From: Schmidtea polychroa
Taxonomy: Eukaryota
Assembly: GCA_044892525.1 (NCBI GenBank)
Contig: CM097885.1
Span: 234,362,001 to 234,426,000, forward strand
Length of the DNA: 64,000 nt
Direction of reading: 5' to 3'
Made by a program: the position numbers and the translations under genes
Notes under the pieces: generated by a model
What the model was told of the DNA's origin: nothing
What the model saw: the letters and a program-made list of their open reading frames with translations, nothing else
Databases searched by the model: none
Shown: positions 34,115 through 46,950 of the stretch, one piece after another
Position numbering within the stretch: the stretch's first letter is position 1
Layout of the letters: the number at the start of each line of letters is the position of its first letter

Positions 34115-34765
34115 CCCTAAGTTCTTGTCTATAAGCCGGACTCGTGCATAAACCGGTTTCTCTAAATCACATATATTAAAAAAATTTTTTTTTATCTTAG
34201 ATAAGCCGGACTCATGGATAAGCCGTAAAGTTTTTAAGTAATTTCGCGCATATTTATTGGACCTCAACGTGCGTAATGGCATCCCGTTGATCTTTTACAG
34301 CAAGATAGTCTACAAAACCGCATAATAGGAAATGGCCCTCATATGGTAGCAGACTGGTTCGACGAATGCTGGGATGAAATAACGGTGGATTGCATTAAAA
34401 ATGGATTTAAGGCTGCGAATATCTGTGAATATTCAAATGAAGAGGCAATAAGGGTCACTTGTAGCGAAGAAGAATTTGAAGAAGAATCCGAGAGCGAAAT
34501 TGAATCAGAAATTCCAGCATCTTATAATGATATTCTTGAGTTTTTCAATACTGAATCAGGAGAAGAATTTGATGGCTTTGATTAATCAAGAATTTAAATT
34601 AAAAGGAAAATTATTAGTGGGCAAATATTTTTTTAAAAATGCATAACCTTTTCATTTAATATATTTTGTGTATAAGCCGTACTTATGTATAAGCCGATAC
34701 TGTTTTTATGAATGTCGGGTTGATTTTTTTTAGATAAGCTGCGGCTTATAGACAAGAACTTAGGG
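34115..34765 (+). mobile_element. Non-autonomous pogo/Tigger-type element, copy 2 (made by the segmental duplication)
   Basis: Same TIRs, TA TSD and flanks as copy 1; ORF 34343-34585. Confidence 0.88.
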
Positions 34766-34970
34766 TACTTTAATTTACTTATTTAGCTTTAATTTAAAAT
34801 TTAAACCATTGGATACTTAATTTTAAATTTTGAACCTTAATTTACTTATTTAAAATTTTTAACTTTAATTTACCTAATTATTCTTTATTTCTTAATTTTA
34901 CACCATAATTTACTTAACAACTAAATATAATCCTTATTTTCATATTTAACCAATAATTTCATGTGGTCAT

Positions 34971-36555
34971 CTGGTTGTAAGTGTTTGGTATCTAGTTGAC
35001 AGTGCTTAGTACTAGGTAAGTTACTTGGTTGTTAGTACTTGGTTGATAATGCTTAGTACCTGGTTGATAATGATTAGTACCTGGTTGATGTTGGTTGTAT
35101 GTACTTGGTATCTAGTTGTTAGTAACTAGTTGTAGGTAATTAATGCTTAGTAGTTGGTAACTGGTTGTTAGTACTTGGTAGGTGGTTGTTAGTTGGTTGT
35201 AGGTACTTAGTAGTTGGTTAATAATGCTTAGTAATTGGTTGTTGTCGGTTGTGAGTACTTGGTATCTAGTACCTAGTTGGTTGGTGGTTTTTGGTTGATA
35301 GTACTTGGTATCTAGTTGTAAGTATTTGGTATCAGGTAACTGGTTGTTAGTATCTAGTTGTAGGTTGTAGGTACTTAGTAGTTGGTAATTAATGCTTAGT
35401 ACCTGGTTGTTGTTGGTTGTTAGTACTTGGTAGCTAGTTGGTATCTGGTACCTAGTTGGTTGTTTGTTTTTGATTGTTAGTACTTGTTAGGTGGTTGTAT
35501 TTACTTGGTATCAGGTAACTGGTTGTTAGTAACTAGTTGTAGGTTGATAAGGCTTAGTACCTAGTTGTTGACGGTTTTTAGTACGTGGTATCTAGTTGTA
35601 AGTACTTGGTAGCTAGTTAATGGGTAGGTGGGGGTTGAGAGTTAGTAAGTACGTGGTATCTAGTTGTAAGTACTTGGTAGCAGGTAATTGGTTGTTAGTA
35701 ACTAGTTGTAAGTACTTGGTAGCAGGTAACTGGTTGTTAGTAACTAGTTGTAAGTACTTGGTAGGTGGTAGTAGGTACTTGGTTGATGTTTGTTGTAAGT
35801 ACTTGGTATCTAGTACCTAGTTGGTTGTTTTTGGTAGTTAGTACTTAGTAGTTGATTGTAGGTACTTGGTATGTGGTAACTAGTTGAGTGCTTGTTGTAG
35901 CTAGTTAATGGGTAACTGGTTGTTAGTATCTAGTTGTAGGTACTTGGTAGGTGGTAGTTAGTTGTTAGCTAATTGTTGTGGGTTGTTAGTACTTGGTATC
36001 ATGTAACTGGTTGTTAGTACTTGGTAGGTGGTAGCTAGTTGGTTGTAGGTACTTAGTAGTTGGTTGATAATGCTTAGTACCTGGTTGATGTTGGTTGTAA
36101 GTACTTGCTATCTAGTACCTAGTTGGTTGGTTGTTTTTGGTTGTTAGTATCTAGTTGTAGGTACCTGGTTGATGTTGGTTGTATGTACTTGTTAGGTGGT
36201 TTTAGGTACTTGGTTGATAATGCTTAGTACCTAGTTGTTTTTGGTTGTTAGTACTTGGTACCTAGTTGGTTGCTTGTTTTTGGTTGTTAGTAACTAGTTG
36301 TAAGTACTAGGTATCAGGTAACTGGTTGTTAGTATTTAGTTGTAAGTACTTGGTATCAGGTAACTAGTTGGTTGTAGGTACTTAGTAGTTGGTAACTGGT
36401 ACCTGGTTGGTTGCTTGTTTTTGGTTGTTAGTACTTGTTAGGTGGTTGTATTTACTTAGTATCATGTAACTAGTTGTTAGTAACTAGTTGTAGGTATCTG
36501 GTTGTTAATACATGTTCGTAAGTTACTGGTTGTTGGTACTAAGTTGTTGGTTTGT
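34971..36555. repeat. G/T-skewed cryptic simple repeat, second and longer copy
   Basis: Matches 30320-31550 with an extra internal block. Confidence 0.85.
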
Positions 36556-36584
36556 TGTTGAATTATTATTAAAATTTGTCTTTG

Positions 36585-37980
36585 AAAAATTTTTCATAAA
36601 AATTTTCATTAAAAATTATCTTAAAAATTTCCATCTAAAATTATCATTGAAAAATATTTCATAAAAATTTCCATTAAAAATTACTTAAAAAATTATTCCA
36701 TAAAAATTTCCATCTAAAATTATCATTGAAAAATATTTCATAAAAATTTCCATTAAAAATTACTTAAAAAATTATTCCATAAAAATTTCCATCTAAAATT
36801 ATCATTGAAAAATATTTCATAAAAATTTCCATTAAAAATTACTTAAAAATTATTTCATAAAAATTTTCATTAAAAAATTTCAATTCTCAAACACCTTCTA
36901 TTATTTTGTAATTAAATTTTAAAATCTTACTTTAATTTACTTTAATTTACTTATTCAAAAATTTTACCATTGATTACTTAATTTAAAAATTATTACTTTA
37001 ATTTACTTATTTAAAATTTTTTACCATTGATTACTAAATTTAAAAATTTGGACCATTATTTACTGTAATTTAATTTTTAAGAACTTAAATTTACTTTAAT
37101 TTAAAAATTTGGACCATTATTTACTTTAATTGAAAAATCTGGACCATAATTTACTGTAATTTAATATTTTAGAACCATAATTTACTTTAATTTAATTTTT
37201 AGAACAATTATTTACTGTAATTTAATTTTTAGACCCATAATTTACTGTATTTGAAAAATTTGGACCATTATTTACTTTAATTTAAAATGTTTGACCATAA
37301 TTTACTGTAATTTAATTTTTAGACCATAATTTACTGTAATTCAATTTTTAGAACCATTATTTACTGTAATTGAAAAATTTGAGCCATAATTTACTTTAAT
37401 TTAATTTTTTAGAACCATAATTTACTTTAATTTAAAAATTTGGACCATAATTTACTGTAATTGAAAAATTTGAGCCATAATTTACTGTAATTGAAAAATT
37501 TGAACCATTATTTACTGTAGTTTAATTTTTTAGACCCATAATTTACTGTAATTCAAAAATTTGAGCCATAATTTACTGTAATTGAAAAATTTACCACGTT
37601 TTTTAGTGTAGACCACCTTTTTCTCAGGACCAAGGAGACTCACCTCACTATAGTCTGAAAAATCCTTGGCTTTTTTAGTGGTAGTCGGATTTTTGTATTG
37701 AAAATATCCTGAGACCTTAAATTACCATGCTTTTTTAGTGTAGACCAGCTTTTTGTATTGAAAATCCCAGGACAAAGGAGACCCACCTGAAATGACCTAG
37801 AAAAATCCAAGCTTTTTTAGTGGTAGTCGGATTTTTGTATTGAAATTCCCAGGACCATCGAGACCCCCGCACTATAGTCTGAAAATTCTATGCTTTTTTA
37901 GTGGTAGTCGGATTTTTGTATTGAAAAAAAATTTTTGTATTGAAAATCCCAGGACCATCGAGACCTCTCACTATAGTGTG
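36585..37980. repeat. Compound three-part satellite
   Basis: Same units as 31575-33395, with fewer CAGGACC units. Confidence 0.85.
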
Positions 37981-38039
37981 ATAAAAAAAAATTTGGACTA
38001 AAATTCCCTGAAAGCAAAAAAATGAGTGGGGAACAATTG

Positions 38040-38125
38040 CGTAATAAAAATTTGGGAACAACCCCCCCCCCCCCCCCCCCCCGGGGGGGGGGGTAATTGT
38101 TCCCTTGGGCTACTATCTACCTACT
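38040..38125 (-). mobile_element. Probable terminus of a second Polinton/Maverick-like element
   Basis: The minus strand begins AGTAGGTAGATAGTAG exactly at the junction with the 9-kb unit (compare 9826 AACGCTACTC); a polyC/polyG hairpin lies next to it. Confidence 0.45.
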
Positions 38126-39186
38126 AACGCTACTCATACATTCGTTTTACAATATATTTCGACAGTTTTTCTATCATCCTCAGGAAAAATAGAAAAACTA
38201 AATAATTTAAGATTTTTGAACAATCACAGGGATATCACAGAGATATCACAGAGATTAATGGATTGTGCGAGCAAAGTGTTCTTAGTGATTTCTGAAATTT
38301 TATCTTCGGTGTGCATCATGTTGTTCGTCATTATCCGCTTCTTTTCTGCTCTTGGTCGTGATAAAGATATCATCTACATATTTTTCGTAGGAATCTATGA
38401 TATATTAATTATTCCTTGTTACTTGAGAATGATACAAGTGTTTTCTTTTTTAGCCATTTTAATATGGCTGTTTTTCTGTTCAATATGTTTAAATAATAAG
38501 TTCCTTTCTTCTTTCTTAATCATTTTGTGGCAACTCTTTAAGGAGATTAGCTGATAGATATTTTAATTCCTTTTAATGTGGTATAAAAACGCTACTCAAA
38601 CATTTGTTTTACAATATATTTCGACAGTTTTTCTATCATCATCAGATAAAATAGAAAAACTAATTGAATTTACTAAGTTTCATTTTAAAAAAAATGAAAG
38701 AATTATCTTTTCTTCGACACAAATTTTAATAAAACAAATATCTAATTCCTTTCTTTAAAGACAAAATATGTCGTCATGAGTCTTTTGAATATTGTAACAG
38801 CTCTAGTTTGATTTTTAAATAGACACTTAAATAAACGCGGTAAAGACTTTATTTTTAAATATCGCTATTCATACATCTTTTTAACAATATATTTCGATAG
38901 CATCACAATGATTCTCAGATTACCTAATACTCGCAAATTAAATGTTTGAGCATATTTGTCAAGACATTGTCCCATGTTATTTGTTCTATCAACATTTTTA
39001 ACATTTTTATTATTTCTAATAAAATACCAATATCTTCTAGTTTTAAAATATTTTCGGTTATAAATGGAATATTTCCCAAATACATTAAATATTGATCATT
39101 ATAATTCTCGAAACTTATTCTCATAAACTCATACTCTAAACCTAAATAAATCATTAAATTTTTTTCTTGTTTCGAATAATATTGTA

Positions 39187-40251
39187 TTATCTAAAAATAA
39201 ACCAATTTTGTTCGAGCTTATTTTTCAAAACATCATCCCAAGTTATTTGCTCGATCAACAATCTTATCATTCGAGTTATTTGTAATAAACCACCGATATC
39301 TTCTAGATTTAAAATATTATCAACAATAAATTGTATATTTCCCAAATATACTAAATATTGGTTATTATAATTCAACAAACGTATTTCCATTAACTCGTAT
39401 TCAAAACCTAAATAAATCGCTAATTTTTTTCTTGTTTCTATTATTATTTTATCATCTAAAAATAAGTCAATTTTGTCCAATAGTCGTGTCAATTGATTTG
39501 ATATTAAATTTTGATGTACTAATGTAATATTAGTTAACATGTTTTGTTCAAATCTTATATAGTCAATTTCTAATGGATCTAATATCGTATCATCATGAAA
39601 TTCTTGGAATGGAATATCAACACCATCTTCAGTCACAGTTAAATCTCGTAAAAATACATCGGAAATAAAAGATGTATACAGAGCTTTTTTGCGGATATTG
39701 GTCATAAAATTATCTTTAAATTTATCTTCAATAAAAGAACCAATTATCCTTTCAATAATTTCTTCATTTTTTTCATTAATTATCAATTTTCTAATTAAAT
39801 GGTATATTTTTGTTAAATAATCTGATGCTGAATCGGTATTTTCAACGAGTATTTTAATTCCGAAAAAACTAGTATTCAAATAATCATTGAGCACAATTAT
39901 ATATTTTTTAAAATTTGCAAAAGGAGAATTTCGATTACGTGCTTTGATACTATTTAATATATATTCCAAATCCACAGGTGTTTTTCTTATATATTTTATC
40001 AGTTTGCGGTTGATATTTCTAATACAGGATCTAAAACGAAGTTTATAAAATTCTTGTTTCAGATTAAATAATCTCATATAATCTATAAATAAATCTTTCT
40101 TCTTTACTAAATCCAATTCAAGTCTGTCAAGCGGGCAATGAGTATAATCATTTAACCAATGTAAGAAACAATTAGTACAAAACGAATGGTTACAGCCAGT
40201 AGTTATAAACAATTCTATAGCTAATTCATCGTAGCAAACAGTACATTCCAT
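39187..40251 (-). CDS. Intronless RING-finger protein, copy 2
   Basis: Near-identical to copy 1 (D>H and F>L substitutions). Confidence 0.8.
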   Translation of the reverse strand: MECTVCYDELAIELFITTGCNHSFCTNCFLHWLNDYTHCPLDRLELDLVKKKDLFIDYMRLFNLKQEFYKLRFRSCIRNINRKLIKYIRKTPVDLEYILNSIKARNRNSPFANFKKYIIVLNDYLNTSFFGIKILVENTDSASDYLTKIYHLIRKLIINEKNEEIIERIIGSFIEDKFKDNFMTNIRKKALYTSFISDVFLRDLTVTEDGVDIPFQEFHDDTILDPLEIDYIRFEQNMLTNITLVHQNLISNQLTRLLDKIDLFLDDKIIIETRKKLAIYLGFEYELMEIRLLNYNNQYLVYLGNIQFIVDNILNLEDIGGLLQITRMIRLLIEQITWDDVLKNKLEQNWFIFR

Positions 40252-43200
40252 TTTTATTTTTTCGATAATTTTCAATACTTATCAATTTTCTAACAAAATG
40301 GTATATTCTTGATAAGTATATTCCAAAATACTAATCATTCAAATAATAATTGCGCTCAATTATATACTTTTTAACATTTGCAAACGGTGAATTTCTATTA
40401 CGCGTGTTGATAGTATTTACTATATATTTCAAATCCAAAGTGGCTTATATTATATATTTAAGCAATTTACAGCTTAAAGTTTAATTACAACTTCTAAAAC
40501 ATGATTTATAAAATTCATGTTTTAAATTAATTAATCTTATATTATATATAAATAAACCATTCTTCATTAATAAATCAAATTCAATTCTGTCTAATGGACA
40601 ATTAGAATGTCTTTCTAACCAACTTATTAAACAATTACTACAATAAACATGGTTACAACCAGTAGTTATAATTGAATTTATTTTTTTTGCGGATATTATT
40701 CATGTAAATGTCTTTAAAATATAATTGGTCTTCAATAAAAGAAGTAATTATCTGTTGAATAACTAACTATTAGCTGATAGATAGTTTAATTTCTATGATG
40801 TGGTATGTAAACGCTACTCATATATTCGTTTTACAATATATTTCGACAGTTTTTCTATCATCATCAGATAAAATAGAAAAACTAAAAGAATTTACTAAGT
40901 TTCATTTTTAAAAAGAATGAAAAAATTATCTTTTCTTCAACACAAATTTTAAGAAAAAAAATATCTAATTCCTTTCTATAAAGTGCAAAATATGTCGTCA
41001 TGAGTCTTTTGTTGAAATTTATTAATAGAATTCATTTTATAATAATGATATAGTGCTTCTACCCAATAGACAATTTGGATTTACCAATAACCAAGATAAT
41101 AAACAACCACTGCAAAACTTATGATTGCAAAGATTTATTGTTACGGAATTATGAATATCATTATAATTTCTTTTAATGAACAGAAAAATTGGTGTCTAAA
41201 GAATATTGTTCAAGGTTATAAAATCGAGCAGAATGATGTCCTTACTCCAATTTGAAAAATTTCACAATTATTTTAATATATGCTTAATGAATGTTAATAA
41301 ATGTATTTAATTATATTTGTGTTTGTCTTTTCTTTCAAATAATAAAAATAATTTGTCAATTTTTAACAAAAAATTACAAAATGAACATTTTATAATTATA
41401 AAATACTTTTAATATAATATAATATAAATTAAAATATAATATATCTTTTACATAATATTTTAATATCAATTATAAAATAATTTAATAAAAAGATTGACTA
41501 TGAATCAGTAAATACTTTTTTATTTACTGATTCAATGTCAATCTTTTTAATAAATACAATAGTAATGGAAAATAAATCAATAGTGAAATTTGTAAGAAAA
41601 GTTCTTATAATACTATAAAATACTATAAAAACTTTTCTTTTAATTATTAAAATAAAATCTGAACAATTGTAATATGTGATAACTAATATAAAAAATTCTA
41701 ATTTAATAAATTCTAAATTTATAAATTTAAATAAAATAATTTAAAATTTTACCAAATGAAAAATAAATTAAATTTAAAAATATATAATAAAAATCTAAAT
41801 TAAAAAAATCTTTAAATAAAGTTTTAAAAAAATATTTGTTTAAATAATAAACTAAAAGGTTGTATATAATTATTTTCAATTTGAAATGAACAATTGAATT
41901 GAAAATTAATGAATTTTTTCCTATTTTTTCATAAAAGCACTATGTTTATATCAAGAGAAAAAAATAATATATTTAAAACCAAATCGATTCTCGTTCGTCA
42001 TCATCCACTTCATTTCTCCTCATGGTCGTGATAAAGATGTCATCTTCATATTTTGACTAAGAATCTATGATATATTAAAATAATCCTTGTTACTTGCGAA
42101 TGAAACAAGTATTTTCTTTTTTAGCCATTTTAATATGGCTGTTTTTTTTTCAATATTTTTAGTAATAAGTTCCTTTCTTTTTTCTCAATTATTGTAAGAA
42201 AATCCTTTAAGGATAGTAGCTGATAGATAGTTTAATTCATATGATGCGGTATGTAAACGCTACTCATACATTCGTTTTACAATATATTTCGACAGTTTTT
42301 CTATCATCCTCAGGAAAAATAGAAAAACTAAATAATTTAAGATTTTTGAACAATCACAGGGATATCACAGGGATATCACAGGGATATCACAGAGATATCA
42401 CAGAGATATCAAAGAGATTAATGGATTGTGCGAGCAAAGTGTTCTTAGTGATTTCTGAAATTTTATCTTCGGTGTGCATCATGTTGTTCGTCATTATCCG
42501 CTTCTTTTCTGCTCTTGGTCGTGATAAAGATATCATCTACATATTTTTCGTAGGAATCTATGATATATTAATTATTCCTTGTTACTTGAGAATGATACAA
42601 GTGTTTTCTTTTTTAGCCATTTTAATATGGCTGTTTTTCTGTTCAATATGTTTAAATAATAAGTTCCTTTCTTTTTTCTTAATCATTTTGTGGCAACTCT
42701 TTAAGGAGATTAGCTGATAGATATTTTAATTCCTTTTAATGTGGTATAAAAACGCTACTCAAACATTCGTTTTACAATATATTTCGACAGTTTTTCTATC
42801 ATCCTCAGGAAAAATAGAAAAACTAAATAATTTAAGATTTTTGAACAATCACAGGGATATCACAGAGATATCACAGAGATTAATGGATTGTGCGAGCAAA
42901 GTGTTCTTAGTGATTTCTGAAATTTTATCTTCGGTGTGCATCATGTTGTTCGTCATTATCCGCTTCTTTTCTGCTCTTGGTCGTGATAAAGATATCATCT
43001 ACATATTTTTCGTAGGAATCTATGATATATTAATTATTCCTTGTTACTTGAGAATGATACAAGTGTTTTCTTTTTTAGACATTTTAATATGGCTGTTTTT
43101 CTGTTCAATATGTTTAAATAATAAGTTCCTTTCTTTTTTCTTAATCATTTTGTGGCAACTCTTTAAGGAGATTAGCTGATAGATATTTTAATTCCTTTTA

Positions 43201-43812
43201 ATGTGGTATAAAAACGCTACTCAAACATTTGTTTTACAATATATTTCGACAGTTTTTCTATCATCATCAGATAAAATAGAAAAACTAAATGAATTTACTA
43301 AGTTTCATTTTAAAAAAAATGAAAGAATTATCTTTTCTTCGACACAAATTTTAATAAAACAAATATCTAATTCCTTTCTTTAAAGTGCAAAATATGTCGT
43401 CATGAGTCTTTTGAATATTGTAACAGCTCTAGTTTGATTTTTAAATAGACACTTAAATAAACGCGGTAAAGACTTTATTTTTAAATATCGCTATTCATAC
43501 ATCTTTTTAACAATATATTTCGATAGCATCACAATGATTCTCAGATTACCTAATACTCGCAAATTAAATGTTTGAGCATATTTGTCAAGACATTGTCCCA
43601 TGTTATTTGTTCTATCAATATTTTTAACATTTTTATTATTTCTAATAAAATACCAATATCTTCTAGTTTTAAAATATTTTCGGTTAATAATGGAATATTT
43701 CCCAAATACATTAAATATTGATCATTATAATTCTCGAAACTTATTCTCATAAACTCATACTCTAAACCTAAATAAATCATTAAATTTTTTTCTTGTTTCG
43801 AATAATATTGTA

Positions 43813-44877
43813 TTATCTAAAAATAAACCAATTTTGTTCGAGCTTATTTTTCAAAACATCATCCCAAGTTATTTGCTCGATCAATAATCTTATCATTCGA
43901 GTTATTTGTAATAAACCACCGATATCTTCTAGATTTAAAATATTATCAACAATAAATTGTATATTTCCCAAATATACTAAATATTGGTTATTATAATTCA
44001 ACAAACGTATTTCCATTAACTCGTATTCAAAACCTAAATAAATCGCTAATTTTTTTCTTGTTTCTATTATTATTTTATCATCTAAAAATAAGTCAATTTT
44101 GTCGAATAGTCGTATCAATTGATTTGATATTAAATTTTGATGTACTAATGTAATATTAGTTAACATGTTTTGTTCAAATCTTATATAGTCAATTTCTAAT
44201 GGATCTAATATCGTATCATCATCAAATTCTTGGAATGGAATATCAACACCATCTTCAGTCACAGTTAAATCTCGTAAAAATACATCGGAAATAAAAGATG
44301 TATACAGAGCTTTTTTGCGGATATTGGTCATAAAATTATCTTTAAATTTATCTTCAATAAAAGAACCAATTATCCTTTCAATAATTTCTTCATTTTTTTC
44401 ATTAATTATCAATTTTCTAATTAAATGGTATATTTTTGTTAAATAATTTGATGCTGAATCGGTATTTTCAACGAGTATTTTAATTCCGAAAAAACTAGTA
44501 TTCAAATAATCATTGAGCACAATTATATATTTTTTAAAATTTGCAAAAGGAGAATTTCGATTACGTGCTTTGATACTATTTAATATATATTCCAAATCCA
44601 CAGGTGTTTTTCTTATATATTTTATCAGTTTGCGGTTGATATTTCTAATACAGGATCTAAAACGAAGTTTATAAAATTCTTGTTTCAGATTAAATAATCT
44701 CATATAATCTATAAATAAATCTTTCTTCTTTACTAAATCCAATTCAAGTCTGTCAAGCGGGCAATGAGTATAATCATTTAACCAATGTAAGAAACAATTA
44801 GTACAAAACGAATGGTTACAGCCAGTAGTTATAAACAATTCTATAGCTAATTCATCGTAGCAAACAGTACATTCCAT
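43813..44877 (-). CDS. Intronless RING-finger protein, copy 3
   Basis: Near-identical to copy 1 (D>N and T>I substitutions). Confidence 0.8.
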   Translation of the reverse strand: MECTVCYDELAIELFITTGCNHSFCTNCFLHWLNDYTHCPLDRLELDLVKKKDLFIDYMRLFNLKQEFYKLRFRSCIRNINRKLIKYIRKTPVDLEYILNSIKARNRNSPFANFKKYIIVLNDYLNTSFFGIKILVENTDSASNYLTKIYHLIRKLIINEKNEEIIERIIGSFIEDKFKDNFMTNIRKKALYTSFISDVFLRDLTVTEDGVDIPFQEFDDDTILDPLEIDYIRFEQNMLTNITLVHQNLISNQLIRLFDKIDLFLDDKIIIETRKKLAIYLGFEYELMEIRLLNYNNQYLVYLGNIQFIVDNILNLEDIGGLLQITRMIRLLIEQITWDDVLKNKLEQNWFIFR

Positions 44878-46259
44878 TTTTCTTTTTTCGATAATTTTCA
44901 ATACTTATCAATTTCTAACAAAATGGTATATTCTTGATAAATATATTCCAAAATACTAATCATTCAAATAATAATTGCGCTCAATTATATACTTTTTAAC
45001 ATTTGCAAACGGTGAATTTCTATTACGCGTGTTGATAGTATTTACTATATATTTCAAATCCAAAGTGGCTTATATTATATATTTAAGCAATTTACAGCTT
45101 AAAGTTTAATTACAACTCCTAAAACATGATTTATAAAATTCATGTTTTAAATTAATTAATCTTATATTATATATAAATAAACCATTCTTCATTAATAAAT
45201 CAAATTCAATTCTGTCTAATGGACAATTAGAATGTCTTTCTAACCAACTTATTAAACAATTACTACAATAAACATGGTTACAACCAGTAGTTATAGTTGA
45301 ATTTATTTTTTTTGCGGATATTATTCATGTAAATGTCTTTAAAATATAATTGGTCTTCAATAAAAGAAGTAATTATCTTTTGAATAACTAACTATTAGCT
45401 GATAGATAGTTTAATTTCTATGATGTGGTATGTAAACGCTACTCATATATTCGTTTTACAATATATTTCGACAGTTTTTCTATCATCATCAGATAAAATA
45501 GAAAAACTAAAAGAATTTACTAAGTTTCATTTTTAAAAAGAATGAAAAAATTATCTTTTCTTCAACACAAATTTTAAGAAAAAAAATATCTAATTCCTTT
45601 CTATAAAGTGCAAAATATGTCGTCATGAGTCTTTTGTTGAAATTTATTAATAGAATTCATTTTATAATAATGATATAGTGCTTCTACCCAATAGACAATT
45701 TGGATTTACCAATAACCAAGATAATAAACAACCACTGCAAAACTTATGATTGCAAAGATTTATTGTTACGGAATTATGAATATCATTATAATTTCTTTTA
45801 ATGAACAGGAAAATTGGTATCTAAAGAATATTGTTCAAGGTTATAAAATCGATAAGAATGATGTCCTTACTCCAATTTGAAAAATTTCACAATTATTTTA
45901 ATATATGCTTAATGAATGTTAATAAATGTATTTAATTATATTTGTGTTTGTCTTTTCTTTCAAATAATAAAAATAATTTGTCAATTTTTAACAAAAAATT
46001 AAAAAATGAACATTTTATAATTATAAAATACTTTTAATATAATATAATATAAATTAAAATATAATATATCTTTTATATAATATTTTAATATCAATTATAA
46101 AATAATTTAATAAAAAGATTGACTATGAATCAGTAAATACTTTTTTATTTAATGATTCAATGTCAATCTTTTTAATAAATACAATAGTAATGGAAAATAA
46201 ATCAATAGTGAAATTTGTAAGAAAAGTTCTTATAATACTATAAAATAATTCAAAATAAA

Positions 46260-46950
46260 TAATGGTTAACTGAGGATTGACTTTCCAAACTTTTATCATC
46301 CGATAGAAGAAAAACAGTTTATAATTTTGACTGGCTTTGCAGATCAATTGACTACATTTGTAGCATAGCAATTACAGGTGGTGCTTTACTGGGATTAACA
46401 TTAAAAGGCGACGGTAATATTTCAAAGTATGTGCTTTCATTGGATATTGAATCAAATACTTCTACCGATGTTTTGAAAAAAATCAACATAATCGCCATCA
46501 TTTCTTTGTTTTGATGAGCAAAATTTATTTAGTTCATCAATAAGTCATGCATAATTATTTCTCAATTGATTTTGAAAAGATGTAATTTAAGGATTACAAC
46601 TTTCAGCAATCAGCTTATTTTCTCATGGAGTTTTAAATTCAAATTATTGAGATGGCCAGTCATGTCTACAAGAAAATATAAATCTCAATACTAATTATCA
46701 TCCGATAGATCGAATAAAATTAATGGTTTAATATAAACACACATTAACTGTTCCATTTTTAACACTTGCTTGTACAAACTCTCTTAATGAAATGATGCAA
46801 TGAAATATGTACAACTGATCAATTTATATATTTCACCTTCACATAGTTTTGTATCATTCGCTATACTACGGTCACGATCAGTAGCAATTAAATATGAAGT
46901 TGATAGATCTAAATAATTTTCAACAAAACTATTTCAAAACGCATAAAATT
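46260..46950 (-). pseudogene. Second copy of the Buster/SPIN-type hAT remnant
   Basis: Collinear with 13330-14020. Confidence 0.6.

Larger units (their letters stand above)
28831..38070. repeat. Recent ~4.65 kb tandem duplication (28831-33481 / 33482-~38070)
   Basis: Identical 80-aa ORFs lie 4651 bp apart; the copies differ mainly in satellite copy number. Confidence 0.9.

Noticed and set aside
30320..36555. Telomeric repeat interpretation of the G/T-rich tracts
   Set aside because: No periodic TTAGGG-type unit is present.
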